From IMG/VR virus record IMGVR_UViG_3300029931_000011: a stretch of DNA of 64,000 nt, one strand, 5' to 3'. Below are positions 57,882 through 64,000 of the stretch, in pieces. This stretch comes from a virus. The notes under the pieces are model-generated. The model was not told where the DNA came from and made no database searches. It saw only the letters and a list, made by a program, of their open reading frames with translations. Position numbers and translations under genes: made by a program. Within the stretch, counting starts at the first letter, position 1; every line of letters begins with the position of its first letter.

Positions 57882-58228
57882 GAGACGCCGTCGAGGCCAT
57901 GGTGGGCACGGTACTCGTCATCCTGCTCCTGCTCGAGATGATCGCGGTCGCGTCGTGGCTGGGCGCCTGCAACCGCACCGTCGAGTACCCGGAGCCGCAA
58001 CCGTGCCCCGCGCTCGCCAAGCTACCGACCGGCGAATTGGTTCGGGTCCCCGCTGAACCGTCATGCCCGCTGCCGGGTCCGAGACCGGAGCCCACGCTGG
58101 CGGCATCAGTCGAGCCGGCGGACGTGATCTACGCGGCGACGATGACCGTGCTGGACCTCTCGCGATGGGGAGACGAGGTCGAGCTCTACGCCGGGTGTGT
58201 GGCGGCGCTGCCGGAGGGTGAGCCGTGA
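57878..58228 (+). CDS. second proline-rich lipoprotein
   Basis: GTG 57878 (GTGA overlap) or ATG 57899. Lipobox in MVGTVLVILLLLEMIAVASWLGAC, then PEPQPCPALAKLPTG... Confidence 0.6.
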   Translation: MRDAVEAMVGTVLVILLLLEMIAVASWLGACNRTVEYPEPQPCPALAKLPTGELVRVPAEPSCPLPGPRPEPTLAASVEPADVIYAATMTVLDLSRWGDEVELYAGCVAALPEGEP

Positions 58229-58362
58229 CGATCGGGCTTTTCATCGTCGGCGCTATCGCCTTCGTCGTGATGCTCGGCGCTGGCGGCTACTGGCTCGTGC
58301 GCACGATCGCCGGCCCGAACGATGTGATGGACCGCGATCGGGATGGGGACATCTACGAATGA
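58225..58362 (+). CDS. small single-TM protein (holin/antiholin-class candidate)
   Basis: Own translation from GTG 58225 (GTGA overlap): VTIGLFIVGAIAFVVMLGAGGYWLVRTIAGPNDVMDRDRDGDIYE*. Confidence 0.45.
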   Translation: MTIGLFIVGAIAFVVMLGAGGYWLVRTIAGPNDVMDRDRDGDIYE

Positions 58363-58583
58363 TGGCCCCGCGCGCGACCGCCCGCTTCCTCCTCGCGCTG
58401 ACCGCGTCCTCGGTCGTGTGGACCGCGCTGCTCGCGTGCCTCGGGTGGACCGCCGCCGCCGGGCTCTGCGCGGCCGGCGGCGTCTGCTCGCTCGTGGCCG
58501 CTCTCGTCCTGTGGCGCTGGGTGATGCCCTGGTGGTGGGGGATCGCCGCGGCGGGCGCGCTGTTCGACCGGAGGCGCAAGTGA
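58359..58583 (+). CDS. small multi-TM protein (holin candidate)
   Basis: ORF 58197..58583 trimmed to ATG 58359. Translation: MMAPRATARFLLALTASSVVWTALLACLGWTAAAGLCAAGGVCSLVAALVLWRWVMPWWWGIAAAGALF. Confidence 0.6.
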   Translation: MMAPRATARFLLALTASSVVWTALLACLGWTAAAGLCAAGGVCSLVAALVLWRWVMPWWWGIAAAGALFDRRRK

Positions 58584-58840
58584 CCGCCATCAAGCCCCGC
58601 AGCCACGCCGTCAACCCCACCGCCGAGGTGCAGTCGTTCCGCGTGCAGCAGAGCGCGCTGGCGACGCAGATCGCGATCGTCGAGGGGCGCGCGATGATCT
58701 GCGGCCACGACCCGATCGCCGGCCGCGACTTCACGATCACCATGACGCGGTTCTACGTGGATCGTCGCCCCGTCGAGGACGGCTTCGCGCCGGCCGACGA
58801 CGACCCGTTCACGTTCGACCTCAGCGACACGAAGGAGTAG
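58580..58840 (+). CDS. hypothetical protein
   Basis: GTG 58580 in a GTGA overlap. 86 aa. Confidence 0.6.
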   Translation: MTAIKPRSHAVNPTAEVQSFRVQQSALATQIAIVEGRAMICGHDPIAGRDFTITMTRFYVDRRPVEDGFAPADDDPFTFDLSDTKE

Positions 58841-58843
58841 CCC

Positions 58844-59638
58844 ATGCCCTCGTTCCTCTCCCGCCTTCTCGCGCCCTTCCTCGCGACGTGGCGCCAGCTC
58901 CTCACGCCGCCCGCCATCCCGTCCACCGACGTGCTGATGAGCGAGACGGAGTCCGAGATCGATGCCGACGTGATCGAGGCATGCGGCAAGCTGGCGATGG
59001 CACGCCTGACCGAACTGTGGCGGCAGGATATCTACGACCCTCGCCACACCGAGACGAGCGAGAACGCCGAGCGGTGCCGCGCTGCGATCCTCGACATCAT
59101 CCACAACGGCGGCGGGTGGCGGTGGATCAAGCGATACGGCGGCGACGGCGCACCCGCGGCAGAGCACGCCGAGTGGTGCGGCTTCACGCAGGCGTGGGCG
59201 TGGGCGCCGTGGATCCCCGAGGAGACGCGGAAGACGTGGTGGGCGTCGACGTACCGGCTCGATGCGTGGGCGCGCTATGCGGCGCTCGACATGAGCGGGA
59301 AGACCACGCCGAACCCGAAGCCGGCGCGCGGGCCCTTCCGCCTCTACGTCAAGCTCGACGAGCACTCGACGAAGCTTCCATTCCAGCCGCAGGCCGGTGA
59401 CATCCTGCTCGTGGGCGACGGGAAGCCTGACTACGGCGACCACGTCTGCGGCGTGCTCGGGTACGACGAGAAGCGGCGGATGTTTTCTACGTTAGAAGGA
59501 AACGGCGGCGGCCTAGGGCCAGATGGAAAGAAGCAGCACGGTCTAGTGAAGGCCGAACGCCCCCTTGGGGCGACGTCCGGTCACTCGTACCACGCGCGGC
59601 GCCTCATCCGGCTTTCGCCGTCGGACCTGATTCCGTAG
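58844..59638 (+). CDS. endolysin, CHAP/NlpC-P60-like cysteine peptidase/amidase
   Basis: Full ORF of 264 aa. Candidate catalytic residues are Cys (EHAEWCGFTQAW) and His (GDHVCGVLGY), then STLEGNGGG. The last ~50 codons are A/T3-rich. Confidence 0.75.
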   Translation: MPSFLSRLLAPFLATWRQLLTPPAIPSTDVLMSETESEIDADVIEACGKLAMARLTELWRQDIYDPRHTETSENAERCRAAILDIIHNGGGWRWIKRYGGDGAPAAEHAEWCGFTQAWAWAPWIPEETRKTWWASTYRLDAWARYAALDMSGKTTPNPKPARGPFRLYVKLDEHSTKLPFQPQAGDILLVGDGKPDYGDHVCGVLGYDEKRRMFSTLEGNGGGLGPDGKKQHGLVKAERPLGATSGHSYHARRLIRLSPSDLIP

Positions 59639-60310
59639 CCCACGCGCCGTCGTTGAGTACGTGGCTGACGGCTGACTCCGAGCAGCCGACCGCGTCGGAG
59701 ATGGCCTTGTAGCTGTTGCCTTCTGACCGCAGCGCGCGAATGCGTTCCGCCTTCTCCGGGGTGAGAACGACACCGCGACGATTCCTCGCCTGTGTCGTCG
59801 GCAGCGCCCACCGGCAGTTGCCCGGCTCGTAACCCTTGGTGCCGTCGACGCGATCGATGGAGTGACGCTTCGACGGGCGCGGGCCCATGTCGGCGAGGAA
59901 CGCCGCGAAGCTCTCGCGCCAGCGGTCGCACACGGTGATTCCGCGGCCGCCATAGTCCGCGTAGTCGCCGCAGTTCGTGTCGGCGCACCGCTGGCGCATC
60001 CGCTTCCACAGGCCGAAGTCCGGGTGGCGTCGCTCGTCAGCGCGAGCGAGCCCATGCCTGAACTTGACCCTCGAGATACGCTCAGCCGCGCCCTCGCGCT
60101 GAAAGCATCCGCACGAGCGGGTCTTGCCGTTGCGAAGGGTTCCTGCGCGGACCACTAGTTCGCCGCCGCAGTCGCAGCGGCAGTGCCATGCAGCGTCTTT
60201 CCACTCGGGCTTGGCGACGCGCTCGATGACGAGAAGCCGCCCGAACCGCTGACCGCGCAAGTCAATGAATGCCGGCATGTGACATCGATAGTCACGAATA
60301 CCGGCGGCGC
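59480..60310. mobile_element. putative homing cassette: recoded endolysin 3' end plus HNH-like gene
   Basis: Compositionally atypical (A/T-ending codons). Bounded on the right by the orphan native endolysin tail at 60311-60400. Boundaries are approximate. Confidence 0.5.
59604..60278 (-). CDS. HNH-like protein with zinc ribbon and C-terminal HTH, paralog 4 of 4
   Basis: Full ORF of 224 aa. Motifs CRCDCG...CGC, YGGRGITVCDRW, HSIDRVDGTKGYEPGNCRWAL and HTH-like SYKAISDAVGCSESAVSHVLNDGAW. Confidence 0.85.
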   Translation of the reverse strand: MPAFIDLRGQRFGRLLVIERVAKPEWKDAAWHCRCDCGGELVVRAGTLRNGKTRSCGCFQREGAAERISRVKFRHGLARADERRHPDFGLWKRMRQRCADTNCGDYADYGGRGITVCDRWRESFAAFLADMGPRPSKRHSIDRVDGTKGYEPGNCRWALPTTQARNRRGVVLTPEKAERIRALRSEGNSYKAISDAVGCSESAVSHVLNDGAWATESGPTAKAG

Positions 60311-60400
60311 AAGGCCGAGCGACCGCTGGGCGCGCGCTCGGGCCACGGCTACCACGCGCGACGGCTGATCCGCGTGGCCCCGCACGACCTTATCGGGTAG
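60311..60400 (+). pseudogene. orphan 3' end of the endolysin gene (29 codons + TAG)
   Basis: Translates KAERPLGARSGHGYHARRLIRVAPHDLIG*, against the endolysin C-terminus KAERPLGATSGHSYHARRLIRLSPSDLIP*. No start codon or upstream coding context. Confidence 0.7.
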
Positions 60401-60646
60401 CTAGCGCGCGTCGAAACAGCCGCGCGGGCACTCGTAGCCATCCTCGTACACCGTGCCGCAGCGGCCACACGTGACCATGCCGTGGTCGCGGCAGCGCGCG
60501 CAGAGGCGCGGCTCGGAGCCGAGGTGGACAGCCAGGAACTGCGGCCCTTCGATGCTGGGATCGGGCGCGGCCGCCGGGTTGTCGCGCCGCTCGCCGCAGG
60601 ACGGGCAGTGGAAGGAAACGGGGACGATCACGTTTCGCGCTCCCAT
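60401..60646 (-). CDS. hypothetical zinc-ribbon protein
   Basis: Full ORF of 81 aa. Motifs CPSCG...CARC...CGRCG...CPRGC. Confidence 0.65.
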   Translation of the reverse strand: MGARNVIVPVSFHCPSCGERRDNPAAAPDPSIEGPQFLAVHLGSEPRLCARCRDHGMVTCGRCGTVYEDGYECPRGCFDAR

Positions 60647-60987
60647 GATGCTGGCTGCGGTCGCGCGGCTGTGTCGAGGTCGATGTTCTCGAATGCCGTG
60701 TGCTCCTCGGGACGGATGAGTACCTGCACGAAGTCATCGTCGACGTCCTCGGGCTCGATCGCGGCGCGCACTACAGCGACAAGGTTCTCGACGTCGAGGT
60801 GATTGACGGCACCGACGAGAACGCGCCCGTTCATGATCTTCGACCCGTCGTGTGCATGGTCGGCGACGGCGAAGAGGCGAACGCTTTGGCTCTCCCACAG
60901 CGCGGTGTTGATGCGATCGATCATCCGCTGCTCGACCTCGGGGTCGCCGGACGGGATCGCGACGATGACGTCGGTGACGCGGCTCAT
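60628..60987 (-). CDS. hypothetical protein
   Basis: ORF 60628..61197 trimmed to ATG 60987 (ATGA overlap). 119 aa. Confidence 0.7.
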   Translation of the reverse strand: MSRVTDVIVAIPSGDPEVEQRMIDRINTALWESQSVRLFAVADHAHDGSKIMNGRVLVGAVNHLDVENLVAVVRAAIEPEDVDDDFVQVLIRPEEHTAFENIDLDTAARPQPASWERET

Positions 60988-61535
60988 CGCTCCCTCGGTG
61001 GTAGCACGGCGCCCTGGCGTACGACGGCGCGCGGCCGCTGCCATGTCCACGGCACGTGAGCGTGCCGCTCCACGAGACCCATGATCTCGAGCTGGGACAG
61101 GGCATCCATGAGGGCGTCCGTGGACGGCCGCTCGGATTCGACGAAGCGGTCGGCGATCTCGTCGAGACCGAAGGCGAAGTCGCCGAGAATGAACCACACC
61201 TCGAAGACGATGCCGCCCTTCGCCTTCAGGCGTTCCGCGATCTCGCGATCCCGGCTGCGGTCCGGGCGGTTGCCGCGCACGAGCCTCGGCGGCCCTGGCG
61301 GCTCCACCTCATCGACCGCCGCCTGCAGCGCCGCGATCACCTCGCGGGCCTTGGCGGGGGAGAGCCACACGCCAGCGGCCTCGTAGTCCTCGTGCACGCT
61401 CAGCATGATCGGAGACGACGGCCCAGGGCAGTCGCGCGCGCGAGGCTCGCCAGCCGCGAAGTCGGCGAGCGTCTCGACCGTCACCTCATGCTCGTGGTCG
61501 GCGGGGCGGCCGTCGGGGATCTTGATGGTGGTCAT
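60984..61535 (-). CDS. hypothetical protein with winged-helix-like C-terminus
   Basis: Full ORF of 183 aa. C-terminal STDALMDALSQLEIMGLVERH. Confidence 0.75.
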   Translation of the reverse strand: MTTIKIPDGRPADHEHEVTVETLADFAAGEPRARDCPGPSSPIMLSVHEDYEAAGVWLSPAKAREVIAALQAAVDEVEPPGPPRLVRGNRPDRSRDREIAERLKAKGGIVFEVWFILGDFAFGLDEIADRFVESERPSTDALMDALSQLEIMGLVERHAHVPWTWQRPRAVVRQGAVLPPRER

Positions 61536-61897
61536 GCTGGCGCTCCTCGGTACGTGTCGAATCCCTCGAACCCTCGATCACGCAGCCTGTTCACGACGAG
61601 CTTCTCGATCGCGGCCTCGTGCGCAGCTCGGCTGTCGGTGAGCTGCCCGAGCAGCGTGGGCACGGTGTCGAGGTTGATCGTCTCGGCGGCCCGCTGGCCT
61701 GCGAAGCAGCCGTGCGCCTCGACGGTGAGCACGGAGGTGCGGCGCGCGATCTCGCCCCGCTCGGGGTCGCCGGGCTCGGAGTAGATAACGCCGCTCACCT
61801 CGCAGTACGCGCCGCACGCGCGGCACCGGGTGTAGGCGGTCGGGCCTTGGACCTCGATGGTGTCGGGGATCTGGATCGCGTCGTCGGGCATGGTCAT
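61532..61897 (-). CDS. hypothetical protein
   Basis: Full ORF of 121 aa with an ATGA overlap with the next gene. Confidence 0.75.
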   Translation of the reverse strand: MTMPDDAIQIPDTIEVQGPTAYTRCRACGAYCEVSGVIYSEPGDPERGEIARRTSVLTVEAHGCFAGQRAAETINLDTVPTLLGQLTDSRAAHEAAIEKLVVNRLRDRGFEGFDTYRGAPA

Positions 61898-61902
61898 CCT
61901 CC

Positions 61903-62127
61903 TCAGTCAAGCGTCAGCGTCTTCAGGTCGAGTCGCACCGCTTCCCGCGCGACGGCGTAGCGTTCGGCATGGAACGGCGGCTCGGTTGGCGACGGCATGT
62001 TCTTCACGAACCACGTGCAGCGTACCGCTACGGCGGCAGAGCACGTCGGGCACTCGACACCGAGCGCCGCCATCGGCGTCAGAATCTCGGTGAGGCGCGC
62101 GAGGGCGCGGTCTTTTGCATCTGCCAT
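61903..62127 (-). CDS. hypothetical small Cys protein
   Basis: ORF 61903..62244 trimmed to ATG 62127 (AGGAG 5 nt upstream). Translation starts MADAKDRALARLTEILTPMAALGVECPTCSAAVAVRCTW... Confidence 0.6.
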   Translation of the reverse strand: MADAKDRALARLTEILTPMAALGVECPTCSAAVAVRCTWFVKNMPSPTEPPFHAERYAVAREAVRLDLKTLTLD

Positions 62128-62153
62128 GAGGGCTCCTGTTGTAGCGTGTCGGG

Positions 62154-62567
62154 GTGAGAACGTGCTCGACCTGCGGCTGCCGCGCGCCGCTCTGCCGTGA
62201 GTGCTGCGATGCCGCGCTCGACCAGTTCCGAGGCGTCGCGGCACTGCGCGGGCTGCTCCTCGGCGAGTCCGCGCGTACGCGTCGCCCGAGCAGCCCGCCG
62301 ACGGAGGCCGAAGCCCGCGAGAAGGTCCGCGACCTCGCCGCCGGCGACGAGCGCCTGGTCGAGCTGCTCGCGCGCGTCTGCGCCGACGCGGCCGCGCTCG
62401 AGTACGCCGAGCCGACGCAGCGGCCGGGCGGGGTGGCGTTCACCGTCGGGTGCGAGGCGTCGCATCAGCTGACCAGCGGCAGGAAGGTGCGCGCGGATCT
62501 GTCGCCGAGTTGGCGCGGCGAGAAGCGAGCGCCCGCCCACTCCGCCCATGGGATGCGCTTGTCGTAG
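62154..62567 (+). CDS. hypothetical Cys-rich protein on the opposite strand
   Basis: ORF of 137 aa from GTG 62154 (CSTCGCRAPLCRECC...). More protein-like than the two minus-strand shadow frames. No clear RBS. The last ~100 nt overlap the radical SAM gene end. Confidence 0.5.
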   Translation: MRTCSTCGCRAPLCRECCDAALDQFRGVAALRGLLLGESARTRRPSSPPTEAEAREKVRDLAAGDERLVELLARVCADAAALEYAEPTQRPGGVAFTVGCEASHQLTSGRKVRADLSPSWRGEKRAPAHSAHGMRLS

Positions 62568-63454
62568 GCGCCCACCACCCACCGTTGGAAGCCGACGAGC
62601 TCGGGCGTCCGAACAAATGGCATCGGGTAGGGTCGAGCTCCGAACTCGCGAAGCCTCGCCCGACGGTGATCGCGATCCTCGTGCGTCTCGCCCGGCCAGT
62701 AGCCGACGAGCATGTAGACCATGATGTGGTCAGGCTTCACGCCGTGCTTCACTAGCGCCTCGAGGCCGGCGAAGAGCCGCGCCTCGTCCTTGCGGTTGTC
62801 CCAGGCGGTGTAGATGCGGCGCACCTTCATCGAATCGTCGCGGTAGTCGACGCTCGCGATCGCGGCCGCCGCCTCGTCGTTGAGGACGCGCGCGTTGATG
62901 CCCTGCGAGAAGCACACCTTGAAGCGCCCGGCGCGGAGCTCGTCGATGCGCGCGGGCCAGTCGGGGTTGCCGAAGAAGTCGTTGTCGAGGAGCACGACCT
63001 CGCGCGGCGCGTCTCCGCCGCGCCAGATGTCGGCGATGCTGGCGGCGGACCGGATCGCGCCTTCCTTGCGAGGTACGACGCAGAACGGGCACCGCAGGCG
63101 GCAACCACGCTGCGTGAAGCCGATCGACTGCCGGTACTTCGGGTACACGCTGTAGTCGGGCGCAGCCGCGACGCCGAGCTGCTCGACCGTGGTGGTGAAG
63201 TCCCAGCCGGTTCCGCCAAGAACCGCGCCGGGGTAGATGCACGCGACGCGCTCGCCCAGCGCCCGCGTGCGTTCGAAGATCAGGGAGCCGTAGACACGGT
63301 CCCACTTCGGGTCGCCGAGCTCGGGCTCGACCGCGGCGGCGTTGCCGGCGTGCCGGAGCACGACGTCATCCCCGGCGGCGCGGTGGTGCGCGGCGAGCCG
63401 CATCAGGGCGAGGTTCGGAAGCCGCCCGTCGAGGTGGAGGAGCAGGACCTTCAC
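62465..63454 (-). CDS. radical SAM enzyme with N-terminal B12-binding-like domain
   Basis: Full ORF of 329 aa. CX3CX2C cluster in TQRGCRLRCPFCVVPRKEG. N-terminus MKVLLLHLDGRLPNLALMRLAAHHRAAGDDVVL. The GTG start forms a GTGA overlap with the int stop. Confidence 0.85.
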   Translation of the reverse strand: MKVLLLHLDGRLPNLALMRLAAHHRAAGDDVVLRHAGNAAAVEPELGDPKWDRVYGSLIFERTRALGERVACIYPGAVLGGTGWDFTTTVEQLGVAAAPDYSVYPKYRQSIGFTQRGCRLRCPFCVVPRKEGAIRSAASIADIWRGGDAPREVVLLDNDFFGNPDWPARIDELRAGRFKVCFSQGINARVLNDEAAAAIASVDYRDDSMKVRRIYTAWDNRKDEARLFAGLEALVKHGVKPDHIMVYMLVGYWPGETHEDRDHRRARLREFGARPYPMPFVRTPELVGFQRWVVGAYDKRIPWAEWAGARFSPRQLGDRSARTFLPLVS

Positions 63455-64000
63455 GATTCCTCGGCGGCGCGCATGACGGCGAGCCCGAGATCGCAGGCCG
63501 ATCGGACTGCACCAAGTCTTGGTGCAGCACCGCCGTCGTCGGCGGATGTCCCTGGATCCGGTGCGCCGTGACCACGTGGGGTTGCGGTCGGCGATGAGCC
63601 GCCGAGAACCGAGGGTCGTTCCTTCGAACCCCTCCTCCGGAGCCCATCACCACCAGTCATTGCGGGCGCTTCCGACGACTGCACCATGACTGCACCAAAC
63701 CGCGCCGCCGCGACGGCCGGCAGCGGGATGATCTCGCCGCCGCTCGACCGGTGCAGGCGCAGCTTCGCGAGCTCGCGGCAGACGATCTCCCACTGCCGCC
63801 CGCGGTTGTAACCGTCGAAGGCCGAGCGCGACTTCTTCGTGTGCGTCACGCGCGTCTCGAGGATGTGCTCGTCGGCGCCGTCCTCGAGCGCCAGGGTGAT
63901 GAACGTCGCCCGCATGTCGTAGTGCCGCCGCGGCCGGAAGCCGAGCGCCGGCAGGTCCTCGTCGCGCCAGCGGCGCGCCGAGTAGTAGGTCGGCCGGAAC
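63451..64000 (-). CDS. int: tyrosine integrase, C-terminal part (5' end beyond window)
   Basis: The frame is open to position 64000. Motifs ...RRHYDMRATFITLALEDGA... and VTHTKKSRSAFDGY (catalytic Tyr region). A ~119-codon low-complexity extension follows before the stop at 63451. Confidence 0.85.
   Translation of the reverse strand, partial: FRPTYYSARRWRDEDLPALGFRPRRHYDMRATFITLALEDGADEHILETRVTHTKKSRSAFDGYNRGRQWEIVCRELAKLRLHRSSGGEIIPLPAVAAARFGAVMVQSSEAPAMTGGDGLRRRGSKERPSVLGGSSPTATPRGHGAPDPGTSADDGGAAPRLGAVRSACDLGLAVMRAAEES
63507..63527. repeat. palindrome CTGCACCAAG-T-CTTGGTGCAG (two inverted ACTGCACCA-type sites)
   Basis: Read directly from the sequence. The same motif recurs as a tandem at 63677-63698. 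Confidence 0.7.
63611..63646 (+). other. tRNA 3'-end-like segment, candidate attP core
   Basis: GAGGGtcgttccTTCGAACCCCTCCTCCGGAGccca. TTCGAAC resembles a T-loop, CCCTC a 3' T-stem, CTCCGGA a 3' acceptor strand, and G a discriminator. No complete cloverleaf can be drawn. Confidence 0.4.
63677..63698. repeat. tandem direct repeat GACTGCACCA x2 (arm-type site candidates)
   Basis: gactgcaccatgactgcaccaa read directly from the sequence. Confidence 0.65.

Noticed and set aside
63547-63646. A complete class II tRNA ending at the attP-like core (5' TCCGGTG pairing with 3' CTCCGGA, 85 nt)
   Set aside because: The interior cannot form D or anticodon arms, and the T-stem is split by 7 extra nt. Only the 3'-terminal ~24 nt look tRNA-like.

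Overview
The whole 64-kb window reads as one very GC-rich temperate, siphovirus-type (pro)phage genome. I saw no host housekeeping genes.

Layout:
1. 1-9378, minus strand: an early-left operon fired from a leaderless, operator-flanked promoter. It holds a recombination module (Cas4-like exonuclease, Sak4-like ATPase, SSB-like protein) and a pentapeptide-repeat protein.
2. 9448-10449: a CI-like/Cro-like switch with four 19-bp palindromic operators.
3. 11276-25772, plus strand: about 35 translationally coupled early/middle genes. These include sigma-region-4-like regulators, an NT5C-type nucleotidase, a DUF2303-like protein, a putative initiator with an internal iteron array, a DNA methyltransferase split at a G7 run, a VRR-NUC nuclease and an HNH nuclease.
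4. 26114-33537, plus strand: lipoprotein genes, a BR0599-like tail hub and a 1782-aa J-like host-specificity protein.
5. 33541-55209, minus strand: receptor-binding and tail proteins, tape measure, G/G-T chaperone with a GGGAAAC slip site, a tRNA(CAU), tail tube, connector genes, gpE-like capsid, decoration protein, protease/scaffold, MuF, portal and terminase. A plus-strand 4-gene cassette interrupts this block at 47825-48772.
6. 55258-59638, plus strand: a lysis cassette with membrane proteins, overlapping spanins and a CHAP-like endolysin.
7. 59604-64000, minus strand: an accessory operon led by a tyrosine integrase (5' end outside the window) that is translationally coupled to a radical SAM enzyme.

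The most striking pattern involves the HNH-type nuclease genes: four paralogs of one HNH-like/HTH family plus one canonical HNH. Three of them sit where the end of the neighbouring gene is present twice. One copy is a G/C3-rich native-looking fossil. The other is a synonymously recoded, A/T3-enriched working copy. This suggests homing cassettes that carry their own replacement gene ends.

Limits: all functional calls rest on motifs recognised by eye, and no searches or folding programs were run. Many long ORFs in the track are GC-driven shadow frames and were ignored.
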